A DNA stretch of 64,000 bases from Isurus oxyrinchus. Lineage: Eukaryota. Position 1 is the first letter of the stretch, and each line of letters begins with the position of its first letter. Below the pieces are notes generated by a model. That model was given only the letters and a program-made list of their open reading frames with translations. It did no database searches and was not told the DNA's origin. Positions 39,253-51,213 of this stretch are shown here, piece by piece. The position numbers were made by a program, and so were the translations under genes. The DNA is taken from contig JANJGN010000034.1 of the NCBI GenBank assembly GCA_026770705.1, forward strand, positions 11,098,001 through 11,162,000, in the 5' to 3' direction.

Positions 39253-39602
39253 GTAACATAATGACGAATGCGATTCCGTCCAGAGGGAAGAGTGGTCTCT
39301 CCAAATATATCACTTCTTACCTGGTAGCAATGGATGTAGTGGATCTAATGGTCATTCTCACTAGCGTGTTGTTGAATTAAATAATCGAGGTCTATTTCCC
39401 TGGCCGCTTTTTGTCAATTACCTCACATGTGCTCTGAAAACCTCACTGGTTTATGCCACCAGGGCCAGTTCTGTTTGTTTAACCGTCGCTTTCACCTTTG
39501 ATCGTTATGCAGCCATTTGCTGGCAGAAGCTAAAGTGCAAATATTGCAGGCAAGCAATAGGAGTTGCCACTGTAGGAATGGTATGTGCATTGAGTTCTTT
39601 AC
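39253..39602 (+). pseudogene. GPR139-like exon 2 copy, truncated in TM4, with a stop and a frameshift
   Basis: tctcatatcag acceptor; GLSKYITSYLVAM..DLMVI, then shifted LVYATRASSVCLTVAFTFDRYAAIC. Confidence 0.88.
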
Positions 39603-39704
39603 TTGCAATTGATTCTGAGCAGCAGTAAATTCTCTCTGTCTCCCTTGCACACACACACAAAACAGTTTTCACAGTTGATGTGGAGACAGAGGTATAGGGC
39701 AATA

Positions 39705-40105
39705 CTTGTGGGCATATGGCGGCATAGCGGTAATGTCACTAGAGTAACAGTCCAGAGACCCGGGTTAATTCTGTGTTGGTATGGGTAAAACACCCATGGC
39801 AGCAACTGATTGAACTTAAATTCAATTTCTAAACCTGGAACATTTAAAAGCTAGGCCATGCAACAGTGACCATGAAAATACAATTGTTGTAAAATATCAT
39901 ATGGTTCACTAGCGCCCTTTAGGGAAGGAAATCTCCTCTCTGTAACTGATGTACATGTGACTCCAGACCCACATCAATGTGGTTGAATCTTAACTGCCCT
40001 TTGGAATAGTGGAACAAGCCACTCAGCTGAAAGGCAATTGGGGGTGGACAGCAAATACTGGCCTCGCCAATGGCACCCATGTCTCATCAAAGAATTAATA
40101 AAAGC
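39705..40105 (+). mobile_element. tRNA-derived SINE, near full length
   Basis: tggcggcatagcggtaatgtcact head, catgtgactccagacccac core, and tail. Confidence 0.8.
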
Positions 40106-42364
40106 TCAAGGACATCTCTTTCAATCGCTCAAACTGAAATGAAAGGGGGATTGGCTGTTTGCGTTATACAGCTATGATAGTTGGGCGTAAAATGGGTGGT
40201 TATTGTGACACTGCCTTATTCGTGGAATATCCAGGAAGACTTCCTATCCCCAAGGTCTGCCTTCAAGCTGAGGTTTTCCTCCATTCTATCATATGACATT
40301 AATACCGGGAAAAGTAGGATAGATTAGGAGCACACATGACTGCACAATCCGGGCCATCCATAAGACACCTTAGGATGTTGGTAGAAGTAGAATTTAAAGT
40401 AATGTGGAAATCTGCTGCACATATACAATTACATTTCTAAATACAATTTTCCATCAACATAAATTATCTTTTCAACCACAAACATATATATCAGCATCAT
40501 TACCTTCAGGGTGAAATTGGAGGGTGTTGCTCCAACAGTACAGATGCTGCTAAATAAATTGCACATTTTTCTGAATTAAGTAATATACTGTTCATATCCC
40601 CATTATGAATTTACCGAGGAAATTGGTTTGTACCTAAAGAGGCATTCACTTCCAATTCGTTTATTTCTCATTCAGAACGAGACATTAATATGTTCCATCT
40701 AAACCTTCATCTGTAGTTGGCATCTTTAATCCACCCTACCATTTCCTCTTGTTTGGTGGGTCAGTTGCAGGTACTAACACTTTATTTGGCTGTAGTTTAC
40801 TGTTCTATACTTCTACACCCACCATCCACTTAGTCACTAGTTTGATACAAGAATATTGTTTCTCCATAGTTGTTATCAAATTGCAAATTGCCTACCTTGA
40901 GGTGACAATGTACAATTCCTTTCTATGCTGTTTGAATAAAGACTTTAGAACATTTGTTTGAAATGCCTTAAAGCTGCCCTTGAAATAGCAGATATCGGAT
41001 TCGTTGGTCTCCTGTTTGTCCATTATCCAGTTGACATGTCGCCGCTATGTTAATGTGAAGCTAAAATCAGAAAAGAATCCCAATGCTGAACTGATTAAAT
41101 GTTTCTACTGCCCAAAACACTGACTTCGGGGATAGCTGTGGATGATCTTTACTTAACTTTGGGTGGCCCATTATTATGGACATTGCTTGGTACAGACAGT
41201 TATGAACAGGGCACATGGAACATGTGATGGAAGCCCACAGAGACAATGATTTCACCGTGTGACTGTGGGGAGCAGTGGGAGTCAGGTTCCATGCCTGACA
41301 GGGCAACTGGACAACCGACTGAATAATTCCCTGTCATCTGCCTTCTCCCTTCAGGGTTAAGATTAACTGAGATTACCTCAAAATGTTCATGTTCTCAGCG
41401 TCAGGGAATCAATTAATAGCCAAAGTCATCTTCTTCTGGCTCGCCTTGTACTCTATCCTGCAGGAACCCACAACCAGGGTAATATATCTGGGCATATTGT
41501 ACACTCGCATCTCCATTGGAGTCATGTCCCGTCTGCAAAAATAGTCCAAGAGCTGCTTAAGTACCACAGCAAAAGGTTACTTTCACCTTTCTAAAATCAA
41601 TAACTTGTTATACTGCAACATCTTTAATATCAGGACCAATTCCCCACTTCCAATTGAAGCTGTACATCAGAAAGCCCTTGGTCAATGTGCCCTTCTCAAA
41701 CATAAAAACTACAGATGTCTGAAAATGTTCTATAGGGCAATATATGTAATTGCATTCAGCTTGTCTCAGAAAGCGACAATGCCTTATGGATAGACATAAA
41801 AACACTAACCATATACCCAGGGCCATGCAAACTACGGAAAATACTGCCAGGACTGGTAAAAGAATAAACAGACAAAGTAATGATAAAAATTTATAAAAAT
41901 TCCCTGCATCTCCTTTCAATGATCAAAATTAGCCGAGGAGACAATACTGACACTCATTTTTACCTGCTCCTGTACCATCAGTGGGTGAGTAATGAGTTTC
42001 GATGTTTAGTCCATTGTTGAAATTGTTCAAAGCACCATATTTCTCGTTCATGCTTGTGTTCTTTGCTTTGCTAAACTCCCGCCCCTTTCCCCTGCCCAGT
42101 GTCTTTTCTCTTCCAACATTCTTTCGATCTACTCTTCGACTGCTGTGTAGGGTTGGGTAGTGGGTGGAGGGCCAGGTTATTCCCTATGGGAAATGTCACA
42201 CACTGAATGAAGTTATGATTGGGATTAAGTAATTTGTATACTTAATTTATGAACTTTGCAGGTTGGCGTGAAATGTGCCTTATTTGCATTTACTTAGCTC
42301 TGCATGCATGCTTTCATGAATGGAGTTGAGGTGTAACAAAGGAGTAAGGCATGCAGTTGAACTA

Positions 42365-45300
42365 AAACAAAAACAGAATTATCTGGAAAAACTCAGCAGG
42401 TCTGGCAGCAGCGGCGGAGAAGAAAAGAGTTGAAGTTTCGAGTCCTCATGACCCTTCGACAGAACTTGTGTGAATCCAAGAAAGGGGTAAAATATAAGTT
42501 GGTTTAAGGTGTGTGCATGTGTGTGTGTGTGTGTGTGTGGGTGGGGGGGGGGGGTGTGGTTTGGGTGGGGGGAGAGAAGTGGAAGGGGTTGGTGTGGTTG
42601 TAGGGACAAACAAGCAGTGATAGAAGCAGATCATCAAAAGATGTCACAGACAACAGAACAAAAGAACACATAGGTGTTGAAGTTGGTGATATATATCTAA
42701 ACGAATGTGCTAATTAAGAATGGATGGTAGGGCACTCAAGGTATAGCTCTAGTGGGGGTGGGGGGAGCATAAAAGATTTTAAAATATTTAAAAATAATGG
42801 AAATAGGTAGGAAACGAAAAATCTATATAATTTATTGGAAAAAACAAAAGGAAGGGGGAAGAATCAGAAAGGGGGTGGGGATGGAGGAGGGAGGTCAAGA
42901 CCTAAAGTTGTTGAATTCAGTATTCAGTCCGGAAGGCTGTAAAGTGCCTAATCGGAAGATGAGGTGTTGTTCCTCCAGTTTGCTTTGGGCTTCACTGGAA
43001 CAATGCAGCAAGCCAAGGACAGACATGTGGGCAAGAGAGCAGGGTGGAGTGTTAACATGGCAAGCAACAGGGAGGTTTGGGTCATTCTTGTGGACAGACC
43101 ACAGGTGTTCTGCAAAGCGGTCACCCAGTTTACGTTTGGTCTCTCCAATGTAGAGACCTTCCGCCGTCTTTGTCTCTGGGCTCACTTCTTTGGGCAGGAG
43201 TCCTCTCCCAATTCAATGGATCCTTTCACCCACCTCCAATATTCTCCCTCCACCTGGACCCTTCCCTCTGGATTCTTACCTTGTCTTGATCTTTTCATTG
43301 AGAACTGTTGGCGCGACATTAGTCGTCTCAATTTCTCTGCTCCTCTCACCCATTCTAATCTCTGTCTCTCTGAACTTACTGCATTCCATTCTCTCAGGTC
43401 CAACCCTGACATTGTCACCAAACCCGGTGACAAGGGTGATGCTGTTGTTGTCTGGCGCACTGACCTCTACCTCGCGGAGGCTGAGCAGCAACTCGCAGAC
43501 ACTTCCTCCTACCTCTCCCTGGACCATGACCCCACCACTGAACATCAAGCCATTGTTTCCAGGACTGTCACTGACCTCATCTCCTCTGGGGATCTTCCTC
43601 CCACAGCTTCCAACCTGATAGTCGCCCAACCTCGGACGGCCCGCTTCTATCTCCTACCCAAAATCCACAAACAGAACTGTCCCAGTAGACCGATCGTCCC
43701 AGCTTGCTCCTGCCCCACAGAACTCATTTCTCGTTATCTTGACTCCCTTCTCTCTCCCCTTGTCCAGTCCCTTCTCACCTACATCCGTGATTCCTCTGAC
43801 ACCTTACGTCACATCAACAATTTCCAGTTCCCTGGCCCCAACAGCTTCCTCTTCACCATGGACGTCCAATCCCTCTGCACCTCCATCCCCCACCAGGATG
43901 GTCTGAGGGCCTTTAGCTTCTTCCTCGAACAGAGGCCCGAACAATCCCCATCCACCACCACTCTCCTCCGTCTGGCTGAACTTGTTCTCACACTGAACAA
44001 TTTCTCCTTCAACTCCTCTCACTTGCTCCAAATAAAAGGTATGGCTATGGTACCCGCATGGGCCCCAGCTATGCCTGTCTCTTTATGGGTTATGTGGAAC
44101 ATTCCTTGTTCCAGTTCTACTCCGGCCCCCTTCCATGACTCTTTCTCCAGTACATTGAAGATTACTTCAGTGCTGCTTCATGCTCTTGTCAGGACTTTGA
44201 AAAATTTATTAATTTTCCTTCCAATCTCCACCCCTCCATCATTTTCACATCGTCCATCTCTGACACTTCCCTTCCCTTCCTTGACCTCTCTGTCTCAATC
44301 TCTGGTGATAGACTGTCCACCAATATTCATTACAAACCTACTGACTCCCACAGCTAACTCAACCACAGCTCCTCACACCCCGCTTCCTGTAAGGACTCCA
44401 TCCCATTCTCTCAGTTCCTTCACCTCCGTTGCATCTGTTCCGATGACGCTACCTTCAAAAACAGTTCCTCTGACACGTCCTCCTTCTTCCTTATCTGAGA
44501 TCTTCCACCCACGGTCATTGACAGGGCCCTCAACCGTGTCCGGCTCATCTCCAGCGCATCCGCCCTCACGACTTCTCCTCCCTCCCAGAAACAGGATAGG
44601 GTCTCCCTTGTCCTCACTTATCACCCCACCAGCCTTCCCATTCAAAGGATCATCCTCCGCCATTTCCACCAACACCAGCATGATGCCACCAGCAAACACA
44701 TCTTCCCTTCACCCCCCTATTGGCATTCCATAGGGATCGTTCCCTCTGGGACACCCTGGTCCACTCCTCCATCACCCTCTACTCCTCAACCCCATCCAAT
44801 GGCACCATCCTATGCCCACACAAAAGATGTAACACCTGCCCCTTCACTTCCTCTCTCCTCAGCGTCCAAGGGCCCAAACATTCCTTTCAAGTGAAGCAGC
44901 ATTTCACTTGCATTTCCCCCAACTTAGTCTACTGAATTCATTGCTCCCAATGTGGTGTCCTCTACGTTGGAGAGACCAAATGTAAACTGGGCGACCGCTT
45001 TGCAGAACACCTGTGGTCTGTCCGCAAAAATGACCCAAACCTCCCTGTCCCCTGCCATTTTAACACTCCACCCTGCTCTCTTGCCCACATGTCTGCCCTT
45101 GGCTTGCTGCATTGTTCCAGTGAAGCCCAACGCAAACTGGAGGAACAACACCTCATCTTCTGACTAGGCACTTTACAGCCTTCCGGACTGAATATTGAAT
45201 TCAACAACTTTAGGTCTTGACCTCCCTCCTCCATCCCCACCCCCTTTCTGTTTCTTCCCCCTTCCTTTTGTTTTTTCCAATAAATTATATAGATTTTTCT

Positions 45301-45747
45301 TTTCCCACCTATTTCCATTATTTTTAAATATTTTTAAATCTTTTATGCTCCCCCCACCCCCACTTGAGCTATATCTTGAATGCCCTACCATCCATTCTTA
45401 ATTAGCACATTCGTTTAGATAATATCACCAACTTTAACACCTCTGTGTTCTTCTGTTCTGTTGTCTGCGACATCTTTTGATTATCTGCTTCTATCTATCA
45501 CTGCTTGTTTGTCCTTACAACCACACTAACCCCCTCCACTTCTCTCCCCCCAGCCTCCCCCCACACACACCTTAAACCAGCTTATATTTCACCCCTTTCT
45601 TGGATTCACTCAAGTTCTGTCGAATGGTCATGAGTACTCGAAACGTTAACTCTTTTCTTCTCCGCTGATGCTGCCAGACCTGCTGAGTTTTTCCAGGTAA
45701 TTCTGTTTTTGCTTTGGATTTCCAGCATCCGCAGTTTTTTTGTTTTT
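42365..45747 (+). mobile_element. Penelope-like element (RT plus GIY-YIG), 5'-truncated, with an inverted copy of its 3' end and a 14-bp TSD
   Basis: FYLLPKIHK, RPIV, FTMDVQSL, LTLNNFSFN, GMAM, YIED and VY..LYVGET..RFAEH; 42365-43155 is the reverse complement of 44960-45715; TSD atgcagttgaacta (42351-64) / atgcagttgtacta (45748-61); frameshift near 44050. Confidence 0.93.
45613..45652 (+). ncRNA. Minimal type I hammerhead ribozyme-like motif (variant core); inverted copy at about 42427-42466
   Basis: agtt-CTGTCGA-stem II-GAAA-CGT-T-aact with a palindromic stem III, as described for Penelope hammerheads; core differs from CUGANGA. Confidence 0.55.
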
Positions 45748-46149
45748 ATGCAGTTGTACTAGTTTGGAAATAATACAGACTCAAGACAAAGCTCACTTCT
45801 CGATAGGCGCAGTTCACTAAACCCTACTAAATTAATTAAAACTCCTCAAAACGTGTCTCTGCAAGTCCAAGACAAACTGCAATGTGCCACGGTTTCACAA
45901 AGTTCTGAAACACTGAAATTTTCAATGAAAAAAAATCATGGAACTATAAACCATTATGCTCACGGATTTTGATTGCATTCGTAACATCTTTACGAAACAT
46001 GACATCTTCCATTAACTGAAGTAAAAAGTGAATTGATTTGTCAATCAATGTAATTAAGAACTTTATTTTGAGTATTTTGGAAACCAGCAAGCAGCCACTA
46101 AAATGTTGACAAAAAGCGACAGGATAAAATGGTTGTAAACTACCCAAGA

Positions 46150-47790
46150 ATATAAAAAAAAAGATTGTAAGAGTATTTACATATATATGAGGTTACCAGA
46201 TAACATAAACCTTGGTCCGATAGAGGCAGAGACGGGAGAAATCATCATGGAGAATTTGGAACTGGCACACCTTGAACATATACTTCGTGTCCATCAGTGG
46301 AAGACACAAAATGCATACGAGAAACAAAGACTAACCAAGGAGATGTTAGGAGTGAGAGCTTTATGGTAATTAATATCAGAAAAGATAAAGTCTTGGAGAT
46401 AGTTAAGGGACCTCAAATCTGAAAATTGCACAGATGATGGACTATATCCCTGGGTCGAAAAGAGGAGGTTGCAGAGATGGTGAATGCTCTGGTTATCCTT
46501 TTTCGCAAATTCCCTAGATTCTGGAACGGTTTCAGTGAACTGGATGTCTGGAAGTGAAACAACGGTATTCAAAAAAGGAATAAGAGAGTAAAAAGGAGTA
46601 ACGGACCAGTTAGCCTGACATCAGTCAACGGTAAAATGCTGCAATCTATATTCAGGAATTTCACCGAGTGCACTTAGCAAATCATGTCACGATCAGGCAT
46701 TAAGAATATAGTTTCATGAAAGGAAATAGTGTCCGACAAACTTATTTGATCTTTTGAGCATGTAAATAGCAAGATAGGTACAGATGAAGCAGGAGATCTG
46801 GTGCACTTGGATTTCCAAAAAACATTTGATGAGGTGCCACAGAAAAGGTTAATAGGCAACATAAGGGCTCATGGAGTCCTGGGTAATATATTCGAATGGA
46901 TAGCGGATTAGTTAAAGGATAGGAAGCAGAAAGTTGGGCAAATGAGGCATTTTCAAATTGCAGGTAGTGAATATGGAGCACCGCAAGGATCCGTGCCGGG
47001 GGTTCATCATTAACAATCTTTATTAGTGATTTAGATAAACAGACCGAGAGTAGAGCATCAAAGATTGCTCCTGATTGAATGTGGGTGGGAATCCAAGCTG
47101 TGCGGAGGGATTAAAGAGGCAGCTAAGAGAGATAAACAGCTTAAGGGAGGCTGTTACAAGGCGGCAGCTGGAATATAACATGAGGAAATAGGGATTGAAA
47201 AACAGATTATTTTTAAAAGGCTTGTAGCTTCTAAATATTGATGTGCAGATGCACATTAGTGCACTGGGGGGACTAGGAACACAGGAAGTCAGTTTACAGA
47301 CACATCAACCAATTTGAAAGGCAAGTCACAGGCTGTCTTTCATTGCACGGAGACTGAATTATAAGAGAGTATTGCTGCAGTTGCACAGGGATTTGGCTAG
47401 TCCACACTTGGAATTCTGTGTGAGTTTTGATCTTCATGTTGGAGAAAGATTTGATATTTGATTTGGAGGCGGTGCTGCAAAGTTTCACTAGATTGCTTCT
47501 TAGGATGAGACGATTGTTGTTCGATGAAGTGTTGAGTAAGTTGGGTCTATTCTCACTGATGTTTGGAAGAATGCGAGATGACCTCATTAAAACATAATAC
47601 ACTGGAGGGGCATGACGGAGCAGAAAGTGGAAAGATTGGGGAATCAAGGACATGGGAGAACAGCCTCACCACGAGGGGCCAATCAATACGGACAGAAATT
47701 AACAGAAGTTTCTTCACTAGAACGTTTGAATCTTTTGAATTCTCTACCACAGGGGCTTGCGCCTTAAAGGTATTTAAGGCTGAGATAGGC
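46150..47790 (+). mobile_element. Degenerate CR1 LINE ORF2 fragment
   Basis: GPIEAETGEIIMEN, gaccagttagcctgacatc, ttggatttccaaaaaacatttgat, ccacacttggaattctgtg. Confidence 0.75.
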
Positions 47791-48489
47791 AGAACAATGT
47801 GTTCTCTTGCCGCACATTGCTTGTAAGTTTAAATGCTTTGAAAGACAGATATATTTGATGGCAATTGAAATAAATATTGTAAGCTGCATGTTTCAATATA
47901 AACAAGGCCATCAGTGAAAAGGGAAAGAAGTTCCAATGGTGAAACTCGGGACAATTAACTACTTTAACACTATCAGGTATCATGTCTAGAAGCTACTTAC
48001 GTCCATTCTGTTTGGTACATTGAGGATTCCCTCTTCTGTTGGAAAAAAAATCCCAAAAATAAGTAATTAACCTTAATGGTTCAGTGTAACGATAAATGAA
48101 ATTATTGTCGATATGAGTGAAACTTTAGTATTAATAATATGAAGTAATTAATGAATTCAAGCCGGTCAAAAATATTAATTGTAGACCTTCCAAAGTCCCT
48201 GCAATTTGCAACGGGAGTGTTAAGTAAGTAGGAACAAGCTTTCTGAGTAATTGATAACATTATGAGCCAGAGAGAGAGAGAGAAACATAAAGAGAAGACA
48301 GAATGAGAGTTGGTGAGCGAGTAAGGGATAACCATGCGTTTTCATAATTATAGGCACACTTGCATGCTCAGCATTGTTTTAAACTAGGTGTTCATCGCAT
48401 TTGTGCTAATAGGAGCAGAGGGGTTGATCAGCTCTTTGGCAAGTGACTACACCTCATCAAAGTGACAATGTTACGGGTACATTCTCTGT

Positions 48490-49545
48490 CATGGAGTCAT
48501 TCCTAGCATAAAGGAAGATGGTTGTGGCTGTCCGACGTCAGTTGTCTCAACTTCAGGACATCACTGCAGGAGTTCCTCAGTATAGTGACCTTGGCCCAAC
48601 TAATTTTAGCTGCTTCATCAGTGACCTCCCTTTCATTAGGTCAGAAGTGGTGATGTTCGCTGATGATTTCACAATCCCCACCACCATTTGTGACTTCTGA
48701 GATAGTGAAGTAGGCTATGTGCAAATGCAGCAAGTCCTGGACAAGATCCAGGCTTCGGCTGACAAATGGCAAGTAACATTTCCTCTACACAAGTGCCAGG
48801 AAATGACCACCTCCAACAAGAAAAAATCCAACCATCGTCCCTGGATGTTTAATGGCATTACTATCGCTGAATCCCCCACTATCAACATCCATGGGGTTAG
48901 CATTGACTAGCAACTGAATTGTACTAGCCATACTGTGGCTACAAGAGCAGGTCAGCAGCTAGGAATCGTGCGACGAGTAACTCACATTCTTACTCCCCAA
49001 AGCCTGTCTACTATCTATAAGGCACAAATCAGGAGCGCGATGAAATATTCCACACTTGCCAGGATGAGTGTAGCTTCCACAACACTCAAGAAGATTGACA
49101 CGACCCAGGAAAAAAACAGCCCGCTTGACTGGCACCCCATCCACAAACATTCATTGCCTCCAACACCGATGCACAGTAGCAGCAGTGTGTACCATCTGCA
49201 AGATGCACTGCAAGAATTCACAATGGCTCCTTTGACAGCACCTTCCAAACGCACAGCCGCTACCATTTAGACGGACAAGGGCAGCAGACACATGTGAACA
49301 CCACCACCCGCAAGTTCTGCTCCAAGTCACTCACCACCTTGACTTGGAAAAACATTGCTGTTCCTTCACAGTCGCTGGGTCAAAATCCTGGAACTCCATC
49401 CCTAATAGCACTGCCGGTGTACCTACACCACATGGACTGCCGAACTTCAAGAAGGCAGCTCACCTCCACCTTCTGAAGGGCAACTAGGGATGGGGAATAA
49501 ACGCTGGCCCAGCCAGCGAAGCCCACATCCCGTGAATGAAAAATA
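48490..49545 (+). mobile_element. LINE (CR1/L2 group) RT and 3' end sharing its tail with the local SINE
   Basis: DITAGVPQ.SDLGP..F..FISDL..MFADD; tail gggcaactagggatgggg..gctggcccagccagcg..cccacatccc. Confidence 0.8.
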
Positions 49546-49887
49546 TATATATATACAAATTGGCAGTTGGAATATTTTCTCCTCAAGAACAGGTATACAG
49601 AGAGAGCGAGAGAGAGAGAAAATAAATCGCAGAAATAATGACAAATTACTCATTCAGTTGCTGAATTACAAGGTTGAAAATCACCAGAGAGAGGACAGAG
49701 AAAAATAAAAGTTAAATGTTATATCGCATCTCTGTTCATCATCCCTCTTCTGACTTTTATCCAATGCCATATGGTTGTCAATCTGGGAGCCATGTTAAGA
49801 ACCCTCTCACAAGTTGAATTCATGGACACCTTGAAGGACCTTAAATTGATCTGGCCTGTCACCTTCTCTTGCCTCTCTTCTATCCGT

Positions 49888-49893
49888 TTTATT
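49888..49893 (-). promoter_or_regulatory. Candidate polyadenylation signal of the Ig receptor gene
   Basis: AATAAA on the - strand about 630 nt after the predicted stop. Confidence 0.3.
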
Positions 49894-50525
49894 CACTTAC
49901 ACATAGTTAACCTGAACCAATTTCGAGAGGCATAACTCTGCACAGCCTTTCGGCACAACTTGCTGAAAGTGTACAGCAGCACTGCAGGAACGGCTAATGT
50001 TAGAAACAGAACTGTCACAGTGGCACAACGAATATTTCGCTCAGGTTCTTTGAGCAAGGTAAGCTAATCTTATACCTACAACCTCTGTCATTATTCTATG
50101 AACACACCATACTTTATGTTGAAATTTTAGCACAGGAATAGGCCACTCAGCTTAACTGCTGTGCAGTGCTAAGTATGTTGCCCAGGAACTGCCTGCTGCC
50201 TATTCCATCTAGCGCTATCAGCATAGTCTCCTGTTCCTATCCTGTCTCCCTCGTCTACTAATCTAGCTTTCCCTATGCTATTCGCCTCAACTACCCCGTG
50301 TGATAGCCGGTTCCCCATTCTAATTGCTTAAAGAGGTCTCTCCTGGATTCCACATTGGATTTCTCAGTGACTATACTGTGTTGATGAACATTTCGTCTTG
50401 GATCTGTCTAAAAAACGGAAATGTTGGCTTCACATTCATCACATCACGCCATCTCACACTCATGGCAGAGTATTCTGGCGATAGTTGATGAATGGAGGCA
50501 CATGTAATTGATTTCAAACAATGTA

Positions 50526-50550
50526 TCACCTTTGGTAAAGGAGGGCTTCC
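50526..50550 (-). CDS. CD2/CEACAM/HEPACAM-like receptor, predicted last coding exon
   Basis: tttccttgtcag acceptor; phase 2 gives (R)EALLYQR*. Confidence 0.45.
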
Positions 50551-50948
50551 CTGACAAGGAAATTGTCCTTTCGACAATTGATCACCAAAAGGTGATTTCC
50601 CATGTTATTGGCAATTTCTCCATTTTGGTGTGGTTGCAATTGAAATAGCTTTCCATGTGCAATTGTTTACCAGAATCAAACACTTAAGACAGAACGTTTC
50701 CTGATTAAACTGCAAATAATTTAGGATTTCAGTTCACTTTAACGGGACAGCTGCAAGGTGAATGATGATATTTTCCACCTCCTCCCCAATGAAGTAAAGG
50801 GGGTGAGTGCAACCAGGTTCACTCATCAGGGAACTGGCAGGATGGGATGCAACGCTAAGGCAACTGGGTATGATAATGGGCGGGATACAAAGCCGGCCTC
50901 CTAACCGATCCTGTCAGCTTCCTGACAGAGACTAAGTCGTTCACAAAC

Positions 50949-50976
50949 CTGCAATCCAATTGAACCCTATTTAAAT
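50949..50976 (-). CDS. CD2/CEACAM/HEPACAM-like receptor, predicted 28-nt cytoplasmic microexon
   Basis: gttttcttcctgcaag acceptor, gtttgt donor, phase 1 to 2; (D)LNRVQLDC. Confidence 0.45.
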
Positions 50977-51090
50977 CTTGCAGGAAGAAAACATATTTAT
51001 TATGATTGCAGAATCCGTTTTAAACCCTCGGTAAACTGATATTAGATGACAGAGGGGCTCTCATCAAATTTTTATGATGAATTAATTTAC

Positions 51091-51213
51091 CTGTAAAGGA
51101 AGTCACGTATTTCCTGATGACAATAACGATTACTGCAAATCCTACCACACCAGTAACCGCAGCGACTATTGTAACGAGGTGATTTGAGGTCTGACATTCT
51201 AAGCTGTCTTCAC
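51091..51213 (-). CDS. CD2/CEACAM/HEPACAM-like receptor, TM exon
   Basis: Phase 1-1; GEDSLECQTSNHLVTIVAAVTGVVGFAVIVIVIRKYVTSFT. Confidence 0.85.

Noticed and set aside
42964-44733. 589-aa ORF as an intact gene
   Set aside because: It is a chimera of antisense inverted arm, Penelope RT, and an out-of-frame tail after the frameshift near 44050
49893-49982. Alternative last exon of the Ig receptor (LLYTFSKLCRK...)
   Set aside because: Possible by phase but has no supporting motif; more likely 3' UTR; cannot be excluded without RNA data
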